Source: Azolla caroliniana
Taxonomy: Eukaryota; Plantae; Polypodiophyta
Assembly (NCBI GenBank): GCA_043228905.1
Contig: JBHGNT010000060.1
Location: 92,190 to 156,189 of the forward strand
DNA: 64,000 bases
Direction of reading: 5' to 3'
The position numbers and the translations under genes are program-made. The notes beneath the pieces were generated by a model that saw nothing but the letters and a program-made list of their open reading frames with translations, had not been told where the DNA came from and made no database searches. Of the stretch, positions 28,445 to 38,900 are shown piece after piece (position 1 is the stretch's first letter; each line of letters begins with the position of its first letter).

Positions 28445-31400
28445 CTATCCCCCCTTTAAAACGACGAGTTTCACGAGTCGTTTTGGATTGAGGACCCGGT
28501 TTCTCGGGATATCGTCGATGGAAGTCTTCTAGAAGAGCACGAGCATTGGTCACATTCTCGATCGGTTCCCAAGTACGCTCGCTGGGACTATATCCTAGCC
28601 AATCGACTAGATAGTAGAGCTTGTTGCGAACAATCTTGGAATCGAGGATGGCAGCGACCTCATACTCAGGTCCATCTTCGAGCTCGATAGGAGGTGGAGG
28701 CTGTATAGTACGTCCTGGGATAGTGCTCTCGTGATAGGGTTCGAGGAGAGAACTATGAAACACCGGGTGTATCCGAAGTTGCGGAGGTAGCTCGAGACGA
28801 AAAGCGACATCATTAATCTTCCCGATAATACGGAAAGGACCTAATCGCCGATAATCCAACTTCTCACATGGGCGAGTAGTCTTGATGTGTCGTCGTAGCA
28901 GCCACACCCGATCTCCAATGTTAAAACTGGATGGAAGTCGATGACGATCTGCGTAGTCCTTGTGTGATTGTTGAGCTTGCTGGAGTTGAGTAGATAAATC
29001 CGCTTGTATCTTGCGTAACCGCTCCAAACGATCCTCCGCGCAAGGATTTGTGGACACTTCTGGGGTTTCAAGGACACACCACCGGGGATGATATCCCGTA
29101 TAAGCGTAGAATGGCGTGACTTTAGTCGATGCGTGGATAGCGTTATTATAGGCAAATTCGGCGAACTGAAGAATATCTGCCCAGTAATTCTGATGATAGT
29201 TGAGAAAGCACCGCAGATACTGCTCCAGTGTTTGATTTGTTCGTTCGGCTTGACCGTCGGTTTGTGGGTGGTAGCCGGAGGAGAGGTTACAAGTGACCTT
29301 CAGCATTTTAAAAAGGTGCTTCCAGAATTTTGACACAAACTGGGGTCCACGATCGCTGATGATATTATCAGGGAGTCCATGATGCCGACATACTTCCCGC
29401 ATGACAATTTCGGCGGTGTCTTCACTAGATATTTCTTTAGTACATGGTAAGAAATGAGCCATCTTCGTATATCGATCCACCACTGTGAGAATCGCACTGA
29501 ATCCCTTAGAGACTGGAAGATCTGTAATGAAGTCAAGAGCAATGGATTGCCATGGCTTGCTTGGAATTGGTAATGGTTCTAATAAACCATATGGATGATG
29601 TCTTGGCATTTTCGCTCTGCAGCATGTATCGCAAGTCCGAACAAAATCTTCGACAAATTGTCGCATACGGGGCCACCAGAATGATCGTTGTACTAAATCT
29701 AATGTTTTAGTACTACCAAAATGTCCTGCTGTATATGTGTCATGGCAGTTTTGTACTACTCGAAGGCGGCAAGAACCATTAGGAACATACAAAAGTTTTT
29801 TAAAGAAGAGTAATCCATCACAGTATTTGAATTGCCGATAATCCGTACCTGGTGATTGTGATTGTGAACATGACACTCGAGAGGGGTCAATTTGTGCTAG
29901 TATAGCTTGGGCGAAATCGTCAGTCTTCAAGTCCTCACGTATAGTATTGGTAATGTCGGAATCCACGGGCATGTCAAAGACCTGTGCTGCTTGCAGTCGT
30001 GCTGGACCCAAGATTACTTGCTTCTGGTTATCGAAAGCTGGCTCACCGGGACGTGGTGTTAGATACGAACGCCGTGATAATGCATCTGCCTTCCCTTGGT
30101 GCTTCCCCGGACGATATGTAATTTTGAAGTCGAAGCGTGTGAGGAAGTGGGCCCACCGAGCTTGACGTCGATTCAGTACACGAGCATCTTGAAAGTAGGC
30201 AAGGTTCTTGTGGTCACTGAATACAGTGACCTGATGAGGAGATCCCTCCAGGAAATGCCTCCATTGCATAAAAGAATCAACTATTGCTAATAGCTCTTTA
30301 TCATGAATTTCGTAGTTGATTTCGGCGGCGTCAAACTTACGGGAGTGGAAAGCCACAGGATGTAGCTTCTCGTCGTTACCCTGTTGTGACAGAATGCTCC
30401 CCAATGCGAAATCCGATGCATCAGCTTCGATAATGAATGGTTTTTCCGGATCCACATGACCTAAAATTGGAGCTGATGTAAACGCCTTCTTAAGACTCTC
30501 GAAAGCCATGTCCGTCTCTTTAGACCAAATGAATGATTGTCCCTTCCTGGTGAGCTGTGTGAGAGGCAGCACAATTTTTGAGTAATTTTGTATGAACTTC
30601 CGGTAGAAATTTGCAAAGCTTAGGAAGCATTGCACATCCCGCACCGAACGCGGAGTGTGCCATTCTATCACCGTTTTGACCTTGGCTGGGTCCATAGATA
30701 TGCCTTCTGAGGAGATGACATAGCCGAGAAACTCCACTTGGTTGCACCCGAAACTACATTTCTCTAACTTTGCATACAGACCATGTTCTCGAAGTCGTTT
30801 TAGTACTAATAGTACATGAGAATCATGTTCTTCTTGGGTCTTTGAATAAACCAGTAGATCATCCAAATAGATGATCAAAAAATCATCCAAGAGATCTCGA
30901 AATATATCATTCGCCATGTGCTGGAAGACTGCCGGCGCATTAGTGAGTCCGAACGGCATGACCGTATACTCGAAGTGCCCATATCTGGTGCGAAACGCGG
31001 TCTTCCATTCATCTCCTGGTCGGATCCGTACGAGGTTATAGGCTCCTCGTAAGTCTATCTTCGTGAAGAACCTGGCACCGTTGATCCGTTCTAAAAGACT
31101 TGAGATAAGGGGAAGAGCATACCTATTTCTTACTGTGACCTTATTCAAGCCACGGTAATCTACAACGAGTCGAAGCGAGCCATCTTTTTTCTTGACGAAG
31201 AAAATGGGTGCGCCGGCTGGAGATTTCGAATGCCGAATGAAACCGTTCTCCAAATTCTCCTCTATATAGGCTCGAAGGACTTCTAGCTCGGTTGGTGACA
31301 AATTGTAGATCGGCCCCCATGGCGGCTCTTTTCCCGGTTGTAAGTCGATGGCGCAGTCGTACGGCCGATGATGAGGAAGTGTGTTGGCTTGTACTTTATC

Positions 31401-32033
31401 GAACACATCAGCATACTGACGATACTTCTCGGGAAGTTGAACGGTGGACTCCTCTTTGGTGGTGCTGGAGGGTTGTACTGATATTGCAAAGAGAAACATT
31501 TCCTCCTTGCGCCCTTCCTCACGCAACTGACGTAGCGAAATGGTTGCAACCTTCTGGGTAGATCCTTGGGTTTGTCGCAACCGGATTTCCCTTGTCCTCC
31601 AATCTATGTCTGGGTCATGTAACTCGAACCATGGTAATCCTAAAACTATGGGATGTTCTGGAATACTAATAATATTAAATGATACTACACATGTTAAGTT
31701 ATCTAGGACAATATTAACGGGTTCCGACTCTTCTATGATATTACCAGAAGCAATGGGACGACCATCAATGACTACTACTGAGGCTGGACATGGGAGCTTT
31801 CTGAGAGATATCTGATGAGCTCGGGCAAAATTCCTATCCATGAAGCAAGAATTAGCTCCGGAATCTAGAAGGGCTAAGGTATGTACTGGAGGGGTACTTT
31901 TAGTACTAACTGCTACTTGGGCTACGAACACATCACTAACTTGCTTAGAGGGAATGGAACCACTAATGGGCTGCACAGATCTAGGGCTGTCCAACCAAAC
32001 GGCTCCTATTTTGGCTGGACTTAGTCGTTTAAC
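28437..32033 (-). CDS. pol: Pol polyprotein (aspartic protease, RT, RNase H, integrase, chromodomain), probably made as Gag-Pol by -1 frameshift
   Basis: 1185-aa open frame with LLDSGA (PR), YLDD (RT), EADASD/DKELLAI/SDHKNL (RNase H), H..H..CDTC and LDFITDLP/ISDRGPQF/DGQAER (integrase), GPFRI (GPY/F) and YEVAAILD...YLVDWLGY...TWEP (chromodomain). The track start at 31994 is a TTG; the frame stays open up through the slippery site at 32027-32033. Confidence 0.96.
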   Translation of the reverse strand, partial: VKRLSPAKIGAVWLDSPRSVQPISGSIPSKQVSDVFVAQVAVSTKSTPPVHTLALLDSGANSCFMDRNFARAHQISLRKLPCPASVVVIDGRPIASGNIIEESEPVNIVLDNLTCVVSFNIISIPEHPIVLGLPWFELHDPDIDWRTREIRLRQTQGSTQKVATISLRQLREEGRKEEMFLFAISVQPSSTTKEESTVQLPEKYRQYADVFDKVQANTLPHHRPYDCAIDLQPGKEPPWGPIYNLSPTELEVLRAYIEENLENGFIRHSKSPAGAPIFFVKKKDGSLRLVVDYRGLNKVTVRNRYALPLISSLLERINGARFFTKIDLRGAYNLVRIRPGDEWKTAFRTRYGHFEYTVMPFGLTNAPAVFQHMANDIFRDLLDDFLIIYLDDLLVYSKTQEEHDSHVLLVLKRLREHGLYAKLEKCSFGCNQVEFLGYVISSEGISMDPAKVKTVIEWHTPRSVRDVQCFLSFANFYRKFIQNYSKIVLPLTQLTRKGQSFIWSKETDMAFESLKKAFTSAPILGHVDPEKPFIIEADASDFALGSILSQQGNDEKLHPVAFHSRKFDAAEINYEIHDKELLAIVDSFMQWRHFLEGSPHQVTVFSDHKNLAYFQDARVLNRRQARWAHFLTRFDFKITYRPGKHQGKADALSRRSYLTPRPGEPAFDNQKQVILGPARLQAAQVFDMPVDSDITNTIREDLKTDDFAQAILAQIDPSRVSCSQSQSPGTDYRQFKYCDGLLFFKKLLYVPNGSCRLRVVQNCHDTYTAGHFGSTKTLDLVQRSFWWPRMRQFVEDFVRTCDTCCRAKMPRHHPYGLLEPLPIPSKPWQSIALDFITDLPVSKGFSAILTVVDRYTKMAHFLPCTKEISSEDTAEIVMREVCRHHGLPDNIISDRGPQFVSKFWKHLFKMLKVTCNLSSGYHPQTDGQAERTNQTLEQYLRCFLNYHQNYWADILQFAEFAYNNAIHASTKVTPFYAYTGYHPRWCVLETPEVSTNPCAEDRLERLRKIQADLSTQLQQAQQSHKDYADRHRLPSSFNIGDRVWLLRRHIKTTRPCEKLDYRRLGPFRIIGKINDVAFRLELPPQLRIHPVFHSSLLEPYHESTIPGRTIQPPPPIELEDGPEYEVAAILDSKIVRNKLYYLVDWLGYSPSERTWEPIENVTNARALLEDFHRRYPEKPGPQSKTTRETRRFKGGIVS
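28445..28457 (-). other. Polypurine tract (plus-strand primer)
   Basis: The minus strand reads AAAGGGGGGATAG immediately before the LTR start TGTCATAAC. Confidence 0.88.
31989..32033 (-). promoter_or_regulatory. Putative programmed -1 ribosomal frameshift signal (G_TTA_AAC + 6-nt spacer + 11-bp stem)
   Basis: Gag ends GAG TTA AAC GAC TAA and pol is in the -1 frame. The stem GTCCAGCCAAA/TTTGGTTGGAC (one G-U pair) starts 6 nt after the heptamer. Confidence 0.8.
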
Positions 32034-32953
32034 TCTTCTTCTAATTGGCTAAGGACATCAAATTTGTTTGCGAGATTCAGACTATTAGTACTGTTAGGAC
32101 TATTATGACTATGAGGATTATCAGAGATTCCTACTGAAATAGACTCGGGTTTAGTATAGTCAGAACTAACAATGACTTGGTTTACCTGCCTTCTTGGTCT
32201 ATGGGGACAGTTTATCGCGATATGCCCTGGTCCACCGCAATAAAGGCATAATCGGTTTGTTCGGCGTCGTTGCTTTTCCTCCTCCGATAGCGGCCCACGA
32301 CGACGTGTAGTGTCAATTTCCATTGGAGTTGGAGTACTTACTGGAGGCGCATTATGTGACTCCCTTTGAAAAGGTTTCGCTACCACTGAGGCATAGGTAG
32401 GCTCGGATCTTGCCCTCGGCATCTGAAATTGTCGTTCCGAACGTCGCTCGAAGAGGCGGTTGTCACATCTGACCGCTCGACTGATTGCTTCTGTTAATGA
32501 TTTTGGCTCTTCAGGGAAAGTCAAGAGTAAATCCTTGACATCGTTGCGTAGACCATAGCGGAACTGCTCCATCAATGCTTGATCATCCCAGGGGATATCG
32601 GCGGCGAGTAGGCGGAAATCTGCAGCATATGCGGAGGCTGGACGGTCACCTTGGCGTAATCGCCGGATTTTGTTGATTGCAGTCCTTATGCTGTCAGTAT
32701 CTCCAAAACATGCTTTAAACTCACTTATGAATTCTTCAAAATTATTTAGTACTGGAGATTCCTTTTCTAGCAGCGGAGCGAACCATGCTAATGCTGAGCC
32801 ATTTAACAACGTGCCTACTAAACCCACTCGTGATGCATCGGTGGGATATCGGGACGGATGCATTTGAATAACTAACCGTACCTGGTTAAGAAACCCTCTA
32901 AACTGCGATCGCGTTCCATCGAACTTCGTGGGAAGGCCAATCTTGGGTTCTTT
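32021..32953 (-). CDS. gag: Gag (capsid + CCHC zinc knuckle), N-terminally truncated
   Basis: PTKFDGTRSQFRGF...LRQG...F..GL retrotransposon Gag motifs, TPMEID, and CLYCGGPGHIAINC knuckle. The first 11 residues of the track ORF (32954-32986) are satellite-derived. Confidence 0.92.
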   Translation of the reverse strand, partial: KEPKIGLPTKFDGTRSQFRGFLNQVRLVIQMHPSRYPTDASRVGLVGTLLNGSALAWFAPLLEKESPVLNNFEEFISEFKACFGDTDSIRTAINKIRRLRQGDRPASAYAADFRLLAADIPWDDQALMEQFRYGLRNDVKDLLLTFPEEPKSLTEAISRAVRCDNRLFERRSERQFQMPRARSEPTYASVVAKPFQRESHNAPPVSTPTPMEIDTTRRRGPLSEEEKQRRRTNRLCLYCGGPGHIAINCPHRPRRQVNQVIVSSDYTKPESISVGISDNPHSHNSPNSTNSLNLANKFDVLSQLEEELND

Positions 32954-35900
32954 GAGGAGGGACTTGAGAAGAGCCCATGAAGTCAATTAAAATGTTCATA
33001 CCTGGCTCGTGTGATATCGGATTTTTGTGTTCAAACATGCGTATCGAAGCTAACAACGCTAGCTATGCTATAGAATAAAAAAATCAAGATTTTGAAACTC
33101 AGGTCGAGAGACATGAAGAAATTAGCAAATTAGAGGAGGGACTTGAAAAGAGGCCGTGAGTCAATTAAAATGTTCATACCAGGCTCGTGTGATATCGGAT
33201 TTTTGTGTTCAAACATGCGTATCGAAGCTAACAACGCTAGTTATGCTATAGAATTAAAAAATGAAGATTTTGAAACTCAGGTCGAGAGACATGAAGAAAT
33301 TAGCACATTTGAGGAGGGACTTGAGAAGAGCCCATGAGTCAATTAAAATGTTCATACCTGGCTCTTGTGATATCGGATTTTTGTGTTCAAACATTCGTAT
33401 CGAATCTAAGAACGCTAGCTATGCTATAGAATTAAAAAATCCAGATTTTGAAACTCAGGTCGAGAGACATGAAGAAATTAGCACATTTGAGGAGGGACTT
33501 GAGAAGAGCCCATGAGTCAATTAAAATGTTCATACCTGGCTCGTGTGATATCGGATTTTTGTGTTCAAACATGCGTATCGAAGCTAACAACGCTAGCTAT
33601 GCTATAGAATAAAAAAATCAAGATTTTGAAACTCAGGTCGAGAGACATGAAGAAATTAGCAAATTAGAGGAGGGACTTGAAAAGAGGCCGTGAGTCAATT
33701 AAAATGTTCATACCAGGCTCGTGTGATATCGGATTTTTGTGTTCAAACATGCGTATCGAAGCTAACAACGCTAGTTATGCTATAGAATTAAAAAATGAAG
33801 ATTTTGAAACTCAGGTCGAGAGACATGAAGAAATTAGCACATTTGAGGAGGGACTTGAGAAGAGCCCATGAGTCAATTAAAATGTTCATACCTGGCTCGT
33901 GTGATATCGGATTTTTGTGTTCAAACATTCGTATCGAATCTAAGAACGCTAGCTATGCTATAGAATTAAAAAATCCAGATTTTGAAACTCAGGTCGAGAG
34001 ACATGAAGAAATTAGCACATTTGAGGAGGGACTTGAGAAGAGCCCATGAGTCAATTAAAATGTTCATACCTGGCTCGTGTGATATCGGATTTTTGTGTTC
34101 AAACATGCGTATCGAAGCTAACAACGCTAGCTATGCTATAGAATAAAAAAATCAAGATTTTGAAACTCAGGTCGAGAGACATGAAGAAATTAGCAAATTA
34201 GAGGAGGGACTTGAAAAGAGGCCGTGAGTCAATTAAAATGTTCATACCAGGCTCGTGTGATATCGGATTTTTGTGTTCAAACATGCGTATCGAAGCTAAC
34301 AACGCTAGTTATGCTATAGAATTAAAAAATGAAGATTTTGAAACTCAGGTCGAGAGACATGAAGAAATTAGCACATTTGAGGAGGGACTTGAGAAGAGCC
34401 CATGAGTCAATTAAAATGTTCATACCTGGCTCGTGTGATATCGGATTTTTGTGTTCAAACATTCGTATCGAATCTAAGAACGCTAGCTATGCTATAGAAT
34501 TAAAAAATCCAGATTTTGAAACTCAGGTCGAGAGACATGAAGAAATTAGCACATTTGAGGAGGGACTTGAGAAGAGCCCATGAGTCAATTAAAATGTTCA
34601 TACCTGGCTCGTGTGATATCGGATTTTTGTGTTCAAACATGCGTATCGAAGCTAACAACGCTAGCTATGCTATAGAATAAAAAAATCAAGATTTTGAAAC
34701 TCAGGTCGAGAGACATGAAGAAATTAGCAAATTAGAGGAGGGACTTGAAAAGAGGCCGTGAGTCAATTAAAATGTTCATACCAGGCTCGTGTGATATCGG
34801 ATTTTTGTGTTCAAACATGCGTATCGAAGCTAACAACGCTAGTTATGCTATAGAATTAAAAAATGAAGATTTTGAAACTCAGGTCGAGAGACATGAAGAA
34901 ATTAGCACATTTGAGGAGGTAGTGGAGAACAGCCCGTGAGTCAATTAAAATGTTCATACCTGGCTCGTGTGATATCGGATTTTTGTGTTCAAACATGCGT
35001 ATCGAATCTAACAACGCTACCTATGATATGGAATAAAAAAATCAAGATTTTGAAACTCAGCTCAAGAGACATGAAGAAATTTAGAACATTTGAGAAGGTA
35101 GTGGAGAACAGCCCGTGAGTCAATTAAAATGTTCATACCTGGCTCGCGTGATATCGGATTTTTGTGTTCAAACATGCGTATCGAAGCTAACAACACTAGC
35201 TATGATATAGAATAAAAAAATCAAGATTTTGAAACACAGCTCGAGAGACATGAAGAAATTAGCACATTTGAGGAGGTAGTGGAGAACAGCCCGTGAGTCA
35301 ATTAAAATGTTCATACCTGGCTCGTGTGATATCGGATTTTTGTGTTCAAACATGCGTATCGAAGCTAACAACGCTAGCTACGCTATAGAATTAAAAAATC
35401 AAGATTTTGAAACTCAGGTCGAGAGACATGAAGAAATTAGCACATATGAGGAGGTAGTGGAGAACAGCCCGTTACGAAATAAAAATGTTCATACCTGGCT
35501 CGTGTGATATCGGATTTTTGTGTTCAAACATGCGTATCGAAGCTAACAACGCTAGCTATGCTATAGAATTAAAAAATCCAGATTTTGAAACTCAGGTCGA
35601 GAGACATGAGGAAGTTAGCAAATTAGAGGAGGGACTTGAAAAGAAGCCGTGAGTCAATTAAAATGTTCATACCAGGCTCGTGTGATATCGGATTTTTGTG
35701 TTCAAACATGCGTATCGAAGCTAACAACGCTAGTTATGCTATAGAATTAAAAAATGAAGATTTTGAAACTCAGGTCGAGAGACATGAAGAAATTAGCACA
35801 TTTGAGGAGGTAGTGGAGAACAGCCCGTGAGTCAATTAAAAAGTTCATACCTGGCTCGTGTGATATCGGATTTTTGTGTTCAAACATGCGTATCGAAGCT

Positions 35901-38900
35901 AACAACGCTACCTATGATATGGAATAAAAAAATCAAGATTTTGAAACCCAGGTCGAGAGACATGAAGAAATTAGCACATTTGAGGAGGTAGTGGAGAACA
36001 GCCCGTTAGGAAATAAAAATGTTCTTACCTGGCTCGTGTGATATCGGATTTTTGTGTTCAAACATGCCTATCGAAGCTAACAACGCTACCTATGATATGG
36101 AATAAAAAAATCAAGATTTTGAAACTCAGGTCAAGAGACATGAAGAAATTTAGGACATTTCAGGAGGTAGTGGAGAACAGCCCGTGAGTCAATTAAAATG
36201 TTCATACCTGGCTCGTGTGATATCGGATTTTTGTGTTCAAACATGCGTATCGAAGCTAACAACACTAGCTATGATATAGAATAAAAAAATCAAGATTTTG
36301 AAACTCAGGTCGAGAGACATGAAGAAATTTAGGACATTTGAGGAGGTAGTGAAGAACAGCCCGTGAGTCAATTAAAATGTTCATACCTGGCTTGTGTGAT
36401 ATCGGATTTTTGTGTTCAAACATGCGTATCGAAGCTAACAACACTAGCTATGATATAGAATAAAAAAATCAAGATTTTGAAACTCAGGTCGAGAGACATG
36501 AAGAAATTAGCACATTTGAGGAGGTAGTGGAGAACAGCCCGTTAGGAAATAAAAATGTTCATACCTGGCTCGTGTGATATCGGATTTTTGTGTTCAAACA
36601 TGCGTATCGAAGCTAACAACGCTAGCTATGCTATAGAATTAAAAATGCAGATTTTGAAACTCAGGTCAAGAGACATGAAGAAATTAGCACATTTGAGGAG
36701 GTAGTGGAGAACAACCCGTTAGGAAATAAAAATGTTCTTACCTGGCTCGTGTGATATCGGATTTTTGTGTTCAAACATGCGTATCGAAGCTAACAACGCT
36801 AGCTACGTTATAGAATTAAAAAATCAAGATTTTGAAACTCAGGTCGAGAGACATGAAGAAATTAGCACATTTGAGGAGGTAGTGGAGAACAACCTGTTAG
36901 GAAATAAAAATGTTCTTACCTGGCTCGTGTGATATCGGATTTTTGTGTTCAAACATGCGTATCGAAGCTAACAACGCTACCTATGATATAGAATAAAAAA
37001 ATCAAGATTTTGAAACTCAGGTCAAGAGACATGAAGAAATTTAGGACATTTCAGGAGGTAGTGGAGAACAGCCCGTGAGTCAATTAAAATGTTCATACCT
37101 GGCTCGTGTGATATCGGATTTTTGTGTTCAAACATGCGTATCGAAGCTAACAACACTAGCTATGATATAGAATTAAAAAATCAAGATTTTGAAACTCAGG
37201 TCGAGAGACATGAAGAAACTAGCACATTTGAGGAGGTAGTGGAGAACAGCCCGTTAGGAAATAAAAATGTTCATACCTGGCTCGTGTGATATCGGATTTT
37301 TGTGTTCAAACATGCCTATCGAAGCTAACAACGCTACCTATGATATGGAATAAAAAAATCAAGATTTTGAAACTCAGGTCAAGAGACATGAAGAAATTTA
37401 GGACATTTCAGGAGGTAGTGGAGAACAGCCCGTGAGTCAATTAAAATGTTCATACCTGGCTCGTGTGATATTGGATTTTTGTGTTCAAACATGCGTATCG
37501 AAGCTAACAACGCTACCTATGATATAGAATAAAAAAATCAAGATTTTGAAACTCAGGTCAAGAGACATGAAGAAATTTAGGACATTTGAGGAGGTAGTGG
37601 AGAACAGCCCGTGAGTCAATTAAAATGTTCATACCTGGCTCGCGTGATATCGGATTTTTGTGTTCAAACATGCGTATTGAAGCTAACAACACTAGCTATG
37701 ATATAGAATAAAAAAATCAAGATTTTGAAACACAGCTCGAGAGACATGAAGAAATTAGCACATTTGAGGAGGTAGTGGAGAACAGCCCGTGAGTCAATTA
37801 AAATGTTCATACCTGGCTCGTGTGATATCGGATTTCTGTGTTCAAACATGCGTATGGAAGCTAACAACGCTACCTATGATATGGAATTAAAAAATGCAGA
37901 TTTTGAAACTCAGGTCGAGAGACATGAAGAAATTAGCACATTTGAGGAGGTAGTGGAGAACAACCCGTTAGGAAATAAAAATGTTCATACCTGGCTCGTG
38001 TGATATCGGATTTTTGTGTTCAAACATGCGTATCGAAGCTAACAACGCTAGGTATGCTATAGAATTAAAAAATCCAGATTTTGAAACTCAGGTCGAGAGA
38101 CATGAAGAAATTAGCACATTTGAGGAGGGACTTGAGAAGAGCCCATGAGTCAATTAAAATGTTCATACCTGGCTCCTATGATATCGGATTTTTGTGTTCA
38201 AACATGCGTATCGAAGCTAACAACGCTAGCTATGCTATAGAATTAAAAAATCAAGATTTTGAAACTCAGGTCGAGAGACATGAGGAAGTTAGAAAATTAG
38301 AGGAGGGACTTGAAAAGAGGCCGTGAGTCAATTAAAATGTTCATACCAGGCTCGTGTGATATCGGATTTTTGTGTTCAAACATGCGTATCGAAGCTAACA
38401 ACGCTAGGTATGCTATAGAATTAAAAAATCAAGATTTTGAAACTCAGGTCGAGAGACATGAGGAAGTTAGCAAATTAGAGGAGGGACTTGAAAAGAGGCC
38501 GTGAGTCAATTAAAATGTTCATACCAGGCTCGTGTGATATCGGATTTTTGTGTTCAAACATGCGTATCGAAGCTAACAACGCTAGTTATGCTATAGAATT
38601 AAAAAATGAAAATTTTGAAACTCAGGTCGAGAGACATGAAGAAATTAGCACATTTGAGGAGGTAGTGGAGAACAGCCCGTGAGTCAATTAAAATGTTCAT
38701 ACCTGGCTCGTGTGATATCGGATTTTTGTGTTCAAACATTCGTATCGAATCTAAGAACGCTAGCTATGCTATAGAATTAAAAAATCCAGATTTTGAAACT
38801 CAGGTCGAGAGACATGAAGAAATTAGCACATTTGAGGAGGGACTTGAGAAGAGCCCATGAGTCAATTAAAATGTTCATACCTGGCTCGTGTGATATCGGA

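Larger units (their letters stand above)
27982..32953 (-). mobile_element. Ty3/gypsy LTR retrotransposon, chromovirus (probably Tcn1-like), 5'-truncated
   Basis: Order on the minus strand is gag (CCHC), PR-RT-RH-INT-chromodomain, PPT, 3' LTR. The 5' LTR, PBS and gag N-terminus are absent and satellite resumes at 32951. Clade assignment is inference from domain order and motif style. Confidence 0.95.

Noticed and set aside
28097-32867. Short ORFs overlapping the LTR, gag and pol on alternative frames or strands
   Set aside because: Shadow ORFs of the retrotransposon. The ERERER ORF is the (GA)n microsatellite.
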